64,000 bases of DNA from an uncultured Gemmatimonadaceae bacterium. Lineage in GTDB: Bacteria; Gemmatimonadota; Gemmatimonadetes; Gemmatimonadales; Gemmatimonadaceae. The notes under the pieces are model-generated. The model was not told the origin of the DNA, searched no databases, and saw only the letters and a list, made by a program, of their open reading frames with translations. Both the position numbers and the translations under genes were made by a program. How positions within the stretch are numbered: position 1 is the stretch's first letter; each line of letters opens with the position of its first letter. Of this stretch, positions 30,577 through 42,378 are shown piece after piece. The stretch lies in the NCBI GenBank assembly GCA_963716745.1, contig OY970320.1:2688001-2752000 (forward strand). Reading direction: 5' to 3'.

Positions 30577-31292
30577 GCGACGCGCTCGCGGGCCGCACGG
30601 CGATCGTCACCGGCGCCTCGCGCGGGATCGGCGCGGCGACGGCTCGCGCGCTGTCCGCCGCGGGCGCGCGAGTGGCGTTGTTCGCGCGGAGCGGGGACGC
30701 GATCAAGAAGCTCGCGGCGGAACTCGGCGGCGGCGCGCTGGCGCGTGCCGTGCGATCTCACCGACGAGGCTGCCGTGACCCGCGCCGTCGCCGCGGCCGG
30801 CGAAGCGTTCGGCGATGCGGCGGAGATCATCGTGAACAACGCCGGCATCTTCGCGCCGGCGCCGCTCGCCGAGATCACCGTGGCATCGTTCCGCGACACG
30901 ATCGCGACCAACCTCGTGGCGCCCTTCCTGCTCGTGCGCGCGGTGTTGCCGCGCCTCGTCGAGCGCGGCAATGGGCACCTCGTCACGATCGGCTCGGCGG
31001 CGGACCGCATGGCCTATCCCGAGAACGGTCGTACTCCGCGAGCCGCTACGGCGCGCGCGGCTTGCATGAGGTGATGCGCGCCGAGCTGCGCGGCACCGGC
31101 GTGCGCACCACGCTCGTGTCGCCCGCTTCCGTGGACACGTCGATCTGGGACAAGGTGGACAGAGCGGGCAAAGGCCGCTTCCCCTCGCGCGACGCAATGC
31201 TCGCGGCCGACGATGTTGCCGCGGCGGTACTCTACGCGGTCACGCAGCCGCCGCGCGTGAACATCGACGAGCTGCGCCTCTCGCGCGCGTAG
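30573..31292 (+). CDS. Classical SDR oxidoreductase, two frameshifts
   Basis: [15 protein letters not shown], and a C-terminus with [22 protein letters not shown] (YdfG-like). TTGA overlap with folE. Confidence 0.85.
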   Translation: MSDALAGRTAIVTGASRGIGAATARALSAAGARVALFARSGDAIKKLAAELGGGALARAVRSHRRGCRDPRRRRGRRSVRRCGGDHREQRRHLRAGAARRDHRGIVPRHDRDQPRGALPARARGVAAPRRARQWAPRHDRLGGGPHGLSRERSYSASRYGARGLHEVMRAELRGTGVRTTLVSPASVDTSIWDKVDRAGKGRFPSRDAMLAADDVAAAVLYAVTQPPRVNIDELRLSRA

Positions 31293-31299
31293 CACCGCC

Positions 31300-31983
31300 G
31301 TGTTCTCGGAACTCGTCGAATCGCTCCGCTGCGTGCGCGCGCACGAGCCCACCGGGCTCGTCGCGATCGCGTTCAAGACGGTGGAGCGTGACATCGTGAG
31401 CGGATCGCTCGGCTGTCCGCATTGCAAGACGACGTACCCGATCGACGGCGCGGTCGCAGATTTCCGCTCGGGCGGCGAGGGCGTGCCGCTCGCGCCGCCC
31501 AAGACTCACCCGGCGGACGAACTCGCGCTGCGCGCCGGCGCGTTGCTCGGGCTCGCCGAGCCCGGCGGCACGGTGGTGCTCGCCGGCGCGTGGGCCGAAT
31601 GCGCGCCCGAGATCGCGGGGATCGCCGAGCCGGTGCGCGTGCTGGCGCTGGACGCGCCGGGTGGGATCGCGAGCGGCGCGGGCGTGTCGCTCGCGCGCAC
31701 GGCGGGCGAGATCCCGCTGCTGGCCGGCAAGGCGCGCGGCATCGCGCTCGACGCGGCGCACGCGAGCGCGAGTTATTTGGCGAGCGCGGCCGCCGCGGTG
31801 AGCGCGCGCGGCCGGCTCGTGGCGCCGGTGTCGGCGCCGGTGCCGGAAGGGTTCACCGAGCTCGCGCGCGACGCGCGCGACTGGGTGGCGGAGAAGTTGC
31901 CGGTGGAGACCGTGGTGCCGCTCGCGCGCGCACCGCGGCGCGGCGCGGGCGCCGCGGGTCAGTCGCCCGCGTCGCCCGAGTAG
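31300..31983 (+). CDS. Hypothetical protein with an N-terminal Trm112-like zinc-finger domain
   Basis: LVESLRC...GSLGCPHCKTTYPIDGAVADF, followed by an Ala-rich alpha/beta domain. Confidence 0.6.
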   Translation: MFSELVESLRCVRAHEPTGLVAIAFKTVERDIVSGSLGCPHCKTTYPIDGAVADFRSGGEGVPLAPPKTHPADELALRAGALLGLAEPGGTVVLAGAWAECAPEIAGIAEPVRVLALDAPGGIASGAGVSLARTAGEIPLLAGKARGIALDAAHASASYLASAAAAVSARGRLVAPVSAPVPEGFTELARDARDWVAEKLPVETVVPLARAPRRGAGAAGQSPASPE

Positions 31984-33794
31984 AGCGAGTCGACGAGCGC
32001 CTTGTAGCGCGTGTCCACCACGCGCCGCTTCACCTTGAGCGTGGGCGTGAGCTCGCCGCTCTCGATGGTGAAGTCGTGGTCGAGCAGCCCGAACTTCTTC
32101 GGCTGTTCGAAGTGCGCGAGGCCGTGGATGTTCGCGAGCACCTCCTTCTCCATCTTCGCCTTCACCGCCGGGTCGTTCACCATGGCGGCGTGGTCGGGGA
32201 AGGTGAGTCCCTCGCCCGCCGCCCACTTCTCGAGCTGCGCGAAGTCGGGCACCACCAGCATCACGGGGAACTTGCGCTTGTCGCCGATCATCACGGCCTG
32301 CAGCACGAACTTGTTGGTCTTCACCTGATTCTCGATCGGCTGCGGCGCGATCTTCTTGCCGCCGGCGGTCACGATGATGTCCTTCTTGCGGTCGGTGATG
32401 CGCAGGTAGCCATCGTTGAATTCGCCGATGTCGCCGGTGTGGAACCATCCCTCGGCATCGATCGCCTCCTTCGTCGCCTCGGGGCGGTTGTAGTAGCCCT
32501 TCATCACGTGCGGTCCGCGCGTGAGGATCTCGCCGTCGGGAGCGATCATGGTTTCGATGCCGGAGATCGGCTTGCCCACGGTGCCAATGCGATTGAACTC
32601 GGGCGTGTTCACGGCGATCACCGGCGACGTCTCGGTGAGCCCGTAGCCTTCGAGAATGAGAAGTCCCGCGGCATAGAAGAAGCTGTTGATCTCGGGGGCC
32701 AGCGGCGCGCCGCCGCTCACGAAGTACCTCAGCCGTCCGCCGACGCGCTCGCGCAGCTTGGAGAACACGAGCTTGTCGGCGACCTGGTATTGGAACGCGA
32801 GGAAACCCTTGGGCGCGCGCCCTGCCTGCATCTCGGCGGCCCACCGGTCGCCCACGCCGCGCGCCCAGAGGAAGATCGTCTTCTTGGCCCAGCCGCCGGC
32901 GAGCGCCTTCTCGAGCACGGCCGCGTAGATCTTCTCGTAGATGCGCGGCACCGACACGACGAGCGTCGGTTTGATCTCGCCAATGTTCTCGAGGATCGTG
33001 TTCATCGACTCGACGTACGCGATCGACACGCCCACGTAGAACATCAGGAAGTCGAACATCCGCTCCAGGATGTGCGAGAGCGGCAGGAAACTGAGCGAGA
33101 CGTCGGTGCTGCGGAACGGGATCGCGTTCGCCACCGCGAGCACGTTCGACGTGATGTTGCCGTGCGAGAGCATCGCGCCCTTGGGCGCGCCGGTGGTGCC
33201 GGACGTGTAGATGATCGTCGCGAGATCATCGGGACGCACCGACAGCGCGTCGGCGCGGTACTGCGCGAGCGTCGCGGCGTTCTCCGCCGCCGCGCCGCGC
33301 GCTTCGAGCGCCGCGAGCGAGAGTTCCACGCCCGGCAAGCGCTCGTCGGAGAACGAGATCACATGCTGCAGCGCCGGCAGCTCGCCGCGCACCTCCGCGA
33401 TCTTCGCCGCCTGCTCCGCCGTCGAGACGAAGAGCGCGACCGCGCCCGAATCCTTCAGGATGAACGCGATCTGCTCGGGCGGCAGCGTCGGATAGAGCGG
33501 CACGTTCGTGACGCCGCTCGTGAGGCAGGCGAAGTCGGCGATCGCCCATTCGGGACGGTTCTCCGAGAGCAGCGCCACGCGCGCGCCGCGCGTCACGCCC
33601 AGCGTGCGCAGGCCGAGCGCGGCGCGGCGCACGCGCTCCGCGAGCACGCGGTGCGAGATCGGGCGGAACACGCCGTTCACTTTCGCTTGCAGCGCGTTGT
33701 CGCGGTCGTGCCGCTCCACGGCGTCGAAGAACAGTTGGTTCAGTGTGCCGGGCGCCGTGCGCATCGAGCCGGATGGGCTTGCGGGAGCGATCAT
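31959..33794 (-). CDS. Long-chain fatty acid--CoA ligase (FadD15/AMP-binding type)
   Basis: YTSGTTGAPKG, FLPLSHILER, EGYGLTETSP, WFHTGDIG, ITDRKKD and GELTPTLKVKR. Confidence 0.93.
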   Translation of the reverse strand: MIAPASPSGSMRTAPGTLNQLFFDAVERHDRDNALQAKVNGVFRPISHRVLAERVRRAALGLRTLGVTRGARVALLSENRPEWAIADFACLTSGVTNVPLYPTLPPEQIAFILKDSGAVALFVSTAEQAAKIAEVRGELPALQHVISFSDERLPGVELSLAALEARGAAAENAATLAQYRADALSVRPDDLATIIYTSGTTGAPKGAMLSHGNITSNVLAVANAIPFRSTDVSLSFLPLSHILERMFDFLMFYVGVSIAYVESMNTILENIGEIKPTLVVSVPRIYEKIYAAVLEKALAGGWAKKTIFLWARGVGDRWAAEMQAGRAPKGFLAFQYQVADKLVFSKLRERVGGRLRYFVSGGAPLAPEINSFFYAAGLLILEGYGLTETSPVIAVNTPEFNRIGTVGKPISGIETMIAPDGEILTRGPHVMKGYYNRPEATKEAIDAEGWFHTGDIGEFNDGYLRITDRKKDIIVTAGGKKIAPQPIENQVKTNKFVLQAVMIGDKRKFPVMLVVPDFAQLEKWAAGEGLTFPDHAAMVNDPAVKAKMEKEVLANIHGLAHFEQPKKFGLLDHDFTIESGELTPTLKVKRRVVDTRYKALVDSLYSGDAGD

Positions 33795-33808
33795 GGGGAT
33801 CCCGTCGG

Positions 33809-34592
33809 TCAGTGGATATGCAGACTTGAGCGTGAAATGCACCGGACTGCCCGGCACCGCGGTGTGATTCTGTTCGTACGCGAACACGCTCACGCCCACG
33901 GAATCGGTGAGCGTGTCGGCGAGCAGCGTGAGGCGGAGCTGCAGCGTCGATTGTCCGCCGGCCACCGTGGTATCGATGAGCTGCGGGACGAGCGTGCTGT
34001 TCACGATCTGCGGTTTCGCCGGATCGACATTGGTGTTCGTGGACGGATACGTGATCACGTATTGGAGACGGTATGGCGCGAGGCCCGTGGTGTCGAGCGC
34101 AGTGATATGCGACAGCACCGTCCGCAGCGGGATGAGCGTATCGCGCCCGTTCGCCTTGTTGAAATCGATCGCGTAGTGCGTGCTGTCAAGAGGATACAGG
34201 CTGTCGGGATGGAGCAGCACGATGATCGAGATCGGCAGCGTCTGGATCCCGCCGGCGGCCGCCAGCACGCGCGCGCTGCCGGTGTCGGTCGCGAACAGTT
34301 TGCCGGTGATCGAGTCCGCGCTCACGTTCTCGCGGCCGGTGAGCACGAGAAAGCGGATCGGCGCGCCGGGGATCGACTCGCCCTGGTTGTTGAACGCGGT
34401 CGCCACGAGCGGCACGACGTTCCCCAGGGTGTCGTGCAGCGAGTCGCCCACCACCATCGACGGCAGCTGCGGCGGGAAGAGCTGCAGCGAGAGCACGGCC
34501 AGCGGATCGGTGGGCACGTGGGTGCACGCGAGCGCCACGGTGTACGCGATCAGTGCGACGCCGAGCGCGGCGCGCGTGCGCCGGCGCCTCAT
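33809..34592 (-). CDS. Hypothetical lipoprotein (beta-rich, Ig-like); 3' end approximate
   Basis: MRRRRTRAALGVALIAYTVALA-C lipobox-like signal, with an ATGA overlap with the parA-like gene. It reads in frame into the CoA ligase, probably because an indel removed a stop near 33809. Confidence 0.6.
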
Positions 34593-35356
34593 GCGAGCCG
34601 CGAAGCGAGGAGCGTGGCGAGGTTCACGTACGCCTGCGACGCGGGGTCGGCGGGATCGCGAAGCACCACCGGCTGCCCGGCGGCGAACGCCTCCATGGCG
34701 CCGGCGCTGCGCGGGATGGTCTGTTCGAGCACCATGTCCTTGGGCAGATGCGCGCGGGCGTACTCGGCCACCTTCATGCTGATCGGATTCGCGGCGTCGG
34801 TCATCGTCAACACTATACCGTCGAACACCAGCTTTGGGTTCGCGGCCGCGATCGCCTGGATGCCGCGCAGGATCTGCGGCGTGGTCTGCAGCGCGAGCGG
34901 CTCGCACTGGAGCGGCACCAGCACGTGCTGGCTGAGCTGGAGCACGCGGTGCGAGATCGGTCCGAGGCCGGGCGGCGTATCGACGAGCACCACGTCGCAG
35001 CGCTCGCGCGCGAGTGCGACCACTTCGGCGAGCGCCTGGTCGCGCTCGATGTGCTCGTGGAAGCTCGAGTGGTCCGATTCGCCCGACACCGAGCCCGCGA
35101 GGATCACGCGCAGCCAGGGCAGGGCGGTGGGCAGGATCACGTCGCGCAGCGCCTTGGAGCCGTTCAGGTAATCGGAGATGCCGTGCGGCGCGTGGCCGCG
35201 GCGCAGACCCACGCCGAAGCGCACGGCGCCCTGCGGGTCGGCATCGATGAGCAGCGTCTTGAGTCCGCGGCGCGCGAAGGCGGCGGAGAGATTCACCGCC
35301 GTGGTCGTCTTGCCGACGCCGCCCTTCTGGCTGACGATCGCGAGGACAGGTCCCAC
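34589..35356 (-). CDS. ParA/Soj-family ATPase (no adjacent parB)
   Basis: Deviant Walker A QKGGVGKTT, IDADPQG, VDTPPGL and VPLQCEPLA. Confidence 0.9.
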   Translation of the reverse strand: MGPVLAIVSQKGGVGKTTTAVNLSAAFARRGLKTLLIDADPQGAVRFGVGLRRGHAPHGISDYLNGSKALRDVILPTALPWLRVILAGSVSGESDHSSFHEHIERDQALAEVVALARERCDVVLVDTPPGLGPISHRVLQLSQHVLVPLQCEPLALQTTPQILRGIQAIAAANPKLVFDGIVLTMTDAANPISMKVAEYARAHLPKDMVLEQTIPRSAGAMEAFAAGQPVVLRDPADPASQAYVNLATLLASRLA

Positions 35357-35358
35357 GG

Positions 35359-35814
35359 CTATTCGGGCTCGCGCAGATCGCCCACGCCGCCGCCCGACTG
35401 GATCTTCTCGAGCGTCGATTGCGCGTGCGCGATCCACTGGGCGGCCTCGTCGCCGCGCGGCGGATGATCGAGGAAGGCCCGCAGATGCTGCTCCGCGCCG
35501 GGCGCGTCGCCGCGCTTGAGGAGCAGGAACGCGAGCCCGTAGTGCGCGCCCGAGAGTTTGCCGTCGAGCTCGAGCGCGCGCCGGTAGCTGCGCAGCGCCT
35601 CGTCATAGCGCCCGGTCTTCGTGCAGGCGATCGCGAGGTTGGTCACGATCTTGGGATCGTTGGGGAAATCGCGCATCGCGAGACGGTACGACGTCAGGGC
35701 CGCGTCGTAGTTGCCCTGGCGCTCGAGCGCGAGCGCCTCGCCGAGGTAATCGAGACGCGGCGGCCGCGCCGGACGGCCGGAAGCCAGCCCGAGGAGTCGG
35801 CGCCACCAGGACAT
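35359..35814 (-). CDS. Tetratricopeptide repeat protein
   Basis: TPR consensus segments GNYDAALTSY, NLAIACTKTGRYDEALRSYRRALELD and AHYGLA. Confidence 0.85.
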   Translation of the reverse strand: MSWWRRLLGLASGRPARPPRLDYLGEALALERQGNYDAALTSYRLAMRDFPNDPKIVTNLAIACTKTGRYDEALRSYRRALELDGKLSGAHYGLAFLLLKRGDAPGAEQHLRAFLDHPPRGDEAAQWIAHAQSTLEKIQSGGGVGDLREPE

Positions 35815-36000
35815 GCGTTCTTGAGTCAGGAGGTCATCGGTGGTGGTCGTCGGTTGAGCGTGGACGCCGGCGCAACGTGCTCTCGCTGCGCAAAGTTACC
35901 GACTCGTGGCGAGGGGAGCAACACGCTGTTGCCATCGAGGGCCCGCGGGTAAGTTCCGTGTCCGGCCGCGGTGCGCCGGGTCCCCGAGCAGGGAGGGCGT

Positions 36001-36517
36001 ATGTCGCCTCGACGAAAGACCGTGGACCAGGCGCGCGGCGTGATGGAAGTGGACTGGCCGCTGTTCGGCGAGTTGTCGCGCGCGCTCGCGCTCAAGGTGG
36101 CGCGCTCGTACGACCCCGAGATCGTCGTGGGCATCGCGACGGCGGGCGTCGTGCCCGGCGCGGTGATCGCCGCGATCCTCGACCGCGAATTCCATTCGAT
36201 CGTCGTGAGCCGCCGCATCCGCAGCACCGTCGTGCGCGACACACCGGCGATCTTCGGCGCGGCGCCGGCCGAAGTGCGCGACCGTCGCGTCCTGCTGGTG
36301 GACGAGACCTGCGACAGCGGTGACACGATGCGTCTGGCCGTGGCCGCGATCGTGAACGCCGGCGCGCGCGACATTCCGCACCGCGGTGGGATTCCGCACC
36401 GGCGCCTACGCGCCCGATTTCGCGGGGCTGGAGACGGAGAGCACGATCGTTCTTCCGTGGGACAAAGAGATTCTCGTGAACGGAGAACTCGTCGTGAAAC
36501 CTGACTATCGAGTCTGA
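36001..36517 (+). CDS. Type I phosphoribosyltransferase (xanthine/hypoxanthine PRT-like), frameshift near 36375
   Basis: VVGIATAG and PRPP loop VLLVDETCDSGDT. C-terminal IVLPW in the shifted frame. GGAGG RBS. Confidence 0.8.
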
Positions 36518-36525
36518 ACGGCAGA

Positions 36526-36627
36526 CCTAGACGCTAGACCTAGACGTTAGAATACAAAAGCGGCCGCCCGAATAGGGCGGCCGCCTTTTGCGTAGCCGTA
36601 TTCTAGCGTCTAGGTCTAGCGTCTAGG
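36526..36627. repeat. 30-bp inverted repeats of TAGACGC/TAGACC units enclosing a terminator
   Basis: CCTAGACGCTAGACCTAGACGTTAGAATAC (36526-36555) matches its reverse complement at 36598-36627 with one mismatch. Confidence 0.85.
36555..36590. terminator. Bidirectional rho-independent terminator
   Basis: AAAA-GCGGCCGCCC-GAATA-GGGCGGCCGC-CTTTT between convergent genes. Confidence 0.85.
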
Positions 36628-37198
36628 CCTGCAGTTGCGACGCCGCACTCTCATAGCTCGCGCCGCGATCCATTTCCGAGAATATGAACCCGAGCACCTC
36701 ACTGCTCCCCAGCAGGAAACGGCAGCGAGACGCCCCCATCGACCGGCATTCCACCTCGAGCACCGCGAGTGGGGCGTCGGAGAGGCGGCCGAAGAAATCG
36801 GCGAACATGCCGGTCGTGAAGTGGCATGCGGGGTGGTCGAGCTTGCTGTCGGGATCGGCCTCGTGCCAGTCGCTCGAGTCCACCGCGACCACGGAATCGT
36901 TGAGCGCGCTCACCGCGATCTTCCCCCAGCCCGTCGCCTGGAAGTACAGCGACGCCCGATGCTGGAACTCGGCCATCTCGAGCTCGTCGGGGCTCGCCTT
37001 GCCTTGCGCGCGCAGCCACGCGCGGAACGATTCGAACACGTTGTCGCCGCCGGCGTAGCCAGCTTCCTGCAACCAGGAGGCGGCCGCCGGTCCTGCCTCG
37101 CGCACGATGGCGGCGCGCAGCGCGGCGAGCGCGGAGCGGCTCACCGCGAGCATCCGGTGGTCGGTGAGGTCGATCGGTTGGATCATCGCGGTTCCCAT
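36623..37198 (-). CDS. Stand-alone V4R (4-vinyl reductase) domain protein
   Basis: GYAGG, TGWGKI, PACHFTTGMF and EVECRSMGASRCRF, the Cys/Glu pattern of V4R domains. Confidence 0.82.
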   Translation of the reverse strand: MGTAMIQPIDLTDHRMLAVSRSALAALRAAIVREAGPAAASWLQEAGYAGGDNVFESFRAWLRAQGKASPDELEMAEFQHRASLYFQATGWGKIAVSALNDSVVAVDSSDWHEADPDSKLDHPACHFTTGMFADFFGRLSDAPLAVLEVECRSMGASRCRFLLGSSEVLGFIFSEMDRGASYESAASQLQA

Positions 37199-37199
37199 A

Positions 37200-39243
<2,044 letters not shown>

Positions 39244-39276
39244 CTACACGTCAACGACCAGACGCGCCGTCGCAGA

Positions 39277-40081
39277 TCAGCCCTTTGCTTCCTCGCTGAT
39301 CACTTCCATGGCCACCGACACGAGCCGCTCCAGCTCCTCGTCCGCGTGCGTCGCCAGCAGCGTCTCCGCCCACATGTGGTCCTCGGCATTCGTGTACCGG
39401 TCGATCAACCGGCGCACGAAGGCGATCAGCGCGATGCGCTGCGAGTTCGCCGCGGCGCGACGTCACCTGCGCCTCCTGCTCGTCGCGCACCGCCGCCTCG
39501 AACCGGTGCGCGTTGCGCAGCGCGTTGGCCGTGAGCGACGCGACCACCTGGCAGAAGCGCACGTCGCGCTCGTCGAACGGCGCCGCATCGCGCTCGGTGC
39601 GCAGGAAGATCGCGCCGATCGTGGTGCCCCTCCAGCGGATCGGCACCACGACGATGGACCGCACGTTGCGCAGCGCGAGCATCATCTGCACGCCCTGGAA
39701 CATCGGGTCGTTCGCCGCGTCGGGGATGAACACCGTCTCGCCGCTCGCGAAGGCGCGCTTGAGTTCGGGATAGCGGTCGAGGTCGACGATGAGGTTGCTG
39801 AGCGACGGATCCTCGTACGTCGCCATGAGCCGCACGTCCTGGCTCTCACCGGCGAGATAGATCGAGCAGCGGTCGAGGCCGAAGGTCTGGCCGAGCTTCT
39901 TCGCGATCGTCTGCAGGATGTCCACGAAATGCAGCGACGCGGAGATCTCGGTGAGGATGTCCACCACGGCCACGAGATGCTCGCGCTCCCGCTCGAGTTC
40001 GGCGACGCGCGCGGCGAGCCGGCTGCGCTCGTCGACGGGGGCGGCATTGAGACTCATGGGCGTGAGGCGGGCGTGGGTCAT
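39277..40081 (-). CDS. GAF-domain protein without a recognisable output domain, frameshift near 39450
   Basis: N-terminal coiled coil, then LDRCSIYL...RAFASGETVFIPDAANDP...RSIVVVPIRWRGTTIGAIFL...FDERDVRF. Confidence 0.8.
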
Positions 40082-40205
40082 GCGGTCAGGTAGAGGGGTC
40101 GTGGAACGCGACAGCCGCGCCCCGGATGCGGCACCCGGAGCGGCGGTCCATCGCCTCACCTCTGGGACGCCTCCGTCCCGGCGATGGTCACGCCGGGCGG
40201 GCGCG

Positions 40206-40979
40206 CTACTTGTTCAGCTTCGCGAGCAGGTCCTGCGCCTGCTGTTTGTAGTGCGGATCGTTGTACTCGGTCGGCTTGAGCTCGATCACCATGTTCAGTT
40301 GCTGCTTGGCCAGCGCCTTGTCGCCGTCGTGGTTGCGGTCCATGTAGATCTCGCCGAGATCGAGGTGATGCACGATGCGCGTCGGATCGATCTTCACGGC
40401 CTTGTTCATGTAGAACACGGCGGAATCCCAGCTCGCTTGGTCGAACACTTTGCCGCCCAGGAATGTTTTCGCGAAGAAGCGCGACATGCCGCTGAGGCGC
40501 ATGATCTCGGCGTTCCAGCGGCCCATCACGTGCAGGGAGCCAGCGTTCATCGAATCGAGTTTGAGCGATTCGAGCGCGTCATTGCGGATCTCGCCCGCGT
40601 AGTGCACGCGCTCCTTCTTGCTGAGCGTGAGCGACGTGCGGCCCAGCGCGCGCGCGAGCACGAACCATCCATCGGTGCCCGCGGGATTCACTCGCGTGGC
40701 GCGGCGCGCGTAGTCCTCGCCCTCGGTGTAGTACGCTTTCTGCTGCACCTTCGACGTGTCGAATTCGCCGAGCGACACCGCCTCGCGCGATGCCTTCCAC
40801 AGCGCCGCGTAATCGTTGGAGTCGAGCGCGATCGCGGCCTTGTAGTGATTGTACGCGGCGGGCGCGTTCATCGCGGCGCTCGCACTGTCGCCTTCGGCGA
40901 CGTGCATGGCGGCGGACTGCGCGGCGGCGCCGGCGGCGACGAAGAGCGCGGCGGCGGCCGCGAGGTGGCGCGTGAGCAT
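40206..40979 (-). CDS. Secreted TPR-like alpha-helical protein
   Basis: Signal peptide ending AAA-Q, TPR-like helices, and WNAEIMRLSGMSRFFAKTFLG. Confidence 0.75.
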   Translation of the reverse strand: MLTRHLAAAAALFVAAGAAAQSAAMHVAEGDSASAAMNAPAAYNHYKAAIALDSNDYAALWKASREAVSLGEFDTSKVQQKAYYTEGEDYARRATRVNPAGTDGWFVLARALGRTSLTLSKKERVHYAGEIRNDALESLKLDSMNAGSLHVMGRWNAEIMRLSGMSRFFAKTFLGGKVFDQASWDSAVFYMNKAVKIDPTRIVHHLDLGEIYMDRNHDGDKALAKQQLNMVIELKPTEYNDPHYKQQAQDLLAKLNK

Positions 40980-41037
40980 GGAATCTCCGACATTGGGGGT
41001 TGGCGTCTCAAGCTAGGACTACCCCACACCGCGGTCA

Positions 41038-42369
41038 ATGATCGTCACCCGGCTCCTCGAGCGGAAACGCGATGGCTTGCGACTCGATGACGCCGAATGG
41101 CGCGCATTCATCGCAGCGTACGCCGACGGCGACGTGCCCGACTATCAGATGGCCGCGTTCCTGATGGCGGTGTTCGTGCGCGGACTCGACGCCGGCGAGA
41201 CCGCCGCGCTCACCGAGGCGATGCTCGCAAGCGGCGCGAGCCTCGATCTCTCGCAGCTGAAAGTGAAGCGCGTGGACAAGCACTCCACCGGCGGCGTGGG
41301 CGACAAGGTGTCGCTCGTGCTCGCGCCGCTCGTCGCATCGCTCGGCGTCGCGGTGCCGATGATGTCCGGGCGCGGACTCGGCCACACCGGCGGCACGCTC
41401 GACAAACTCGAGGCGATCCCGGGATTCCGCACCGCGCTCACGCTCGCCGAAGCGCGCGCCCAGGTGGAAAGCATCGGGTGCGCGCTCATCGGCCAGACGC
41501 CGGAGATCGCGCCGGCCGACCAGAAGATGTACGCGCTCCGCGACGCGACGGGAACGATCGAGAGCATCCCGCTCATCGCGGCGAGCATCATGAGCAAGAA
41601 GCTGGCGGAGGGGCTCAACGGCCTCGTGATCGACATCAAGCGCGGCTCGGGCTCGTTCCTCCCGGAGCTCGAGCGCGGCGTGGAGCTCGCGCGCGTAATG
41701 ATCGCGCTCGGCGCGGCGCATCAGTGCGAGGTGATCGCACTCGTGACCGCCATGGACCGCCCGCTCGGCCGCGCGTGCGGCGGCGCGCTCGAGACCGAGG
41801 AAGCGTGCCTCGCGCTGCGCGGCGAGGGGCCGACGGATCTGATGGAGGTGACGTACGCGCTGGGCGCCGAGATGCTCGTGCTGGGCGGCGTCGCCGCGAA
41901 CGGCGATCAGGCACGGCGGCAGATGGAGATCGCGATCTCGTCGGGGAAGGCGGCCGAGAAATTCCAGGCCGTGATCGAAGCGCAGGGCGGGAATCCCGCG
42001 GTGGTGGACGATCCCGCGCTCCTGCCGCAGGCCGAGGCGTGCGAACTCTTCGAGGCGCCGCGCCGCGGATTCGTCGCGCGCATCGAACCGCGCGCGGTGG
42101 GGCGGGGCATCACCGCGCTCGGCGGCGGCCGCGTGACGATGAGCGACGAGGTGGACCCGGCGGTGGGATTCGTGATCAGCGCGAAGCCGGGCGATTGGGT
42201 GGAGGCTGGCGAGCCACTCGCGACGATCTTCGCGCGGGATGCGGCGGGGGTACAGGCGGGGCGGGCGGCGTTGCGGGAGGCGATCGTCGTGGCTGATGAG
42301 GCGGAACCGCCGTTGCCGCTGATCTCACACCGGGTGACCAGCGCGGGATTGGAGAATTACGAACACTGA
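41038..42369 (+). CDS. pdp: Pyrimidine-nucleoside/thymidine phosphorylase
   Basis: DKHSTGGVGDK, MMSGRGLGHTGGTLDKLE, LRDATGT and ASIMSKK. Confidence 0.95.
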   Translation: MIVTRLLERKRDGLRLDDAEWRAFIAAYADGDVPDYQMAAFLMAVFVRGLDAGETAALTEAMLASGASLDLSQLKVKRVDKHSTGGVGDKVSLVLAPLVASLGVAVPMMSGRGLGHTGGTLDKLEAIPGFRTALTLAEARAQVESIGCALIGQTPEIAPADQKMYALRDATGTIESIPLIAASIMSKKLAEGLNGLVIDIKRGSGSFLPELERGVELARVMIALGAAHQCEVIALVTAMDRPLGRACGGALETEEACLALRGEGPTDLMEVTYALGAEMLVLGGVAANGDQARRQMEIAISSGKAAEKFQAVIEAQGGNPAVVDDPALLPQAEACELFEAPRRGFVARIEPRAVGRGITALGGGRVTMSDEVDPAVGFVISAKPGDWVEAGEPLATIFARDAAGVQAGRAALREAIVVADEAEPPLPLISHRVTSAGLENYEH

Positions 42370-42378
42370 ACCACTGAC

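Noticed and set aside
31959..35606. 1215-aa ORF suggesting a lipoprotein-acyl-CoA ligase fusion
   Set aside because: The 5' part is an off-frame overlap of parA and the TPR gene. The lipoprotein/ligase junction is one base from a natural stop (CTG CAT ATC CAC TGA) in an indel-rich assembly, and an exported domain fused to a cytoplasmic ligase is implausible.
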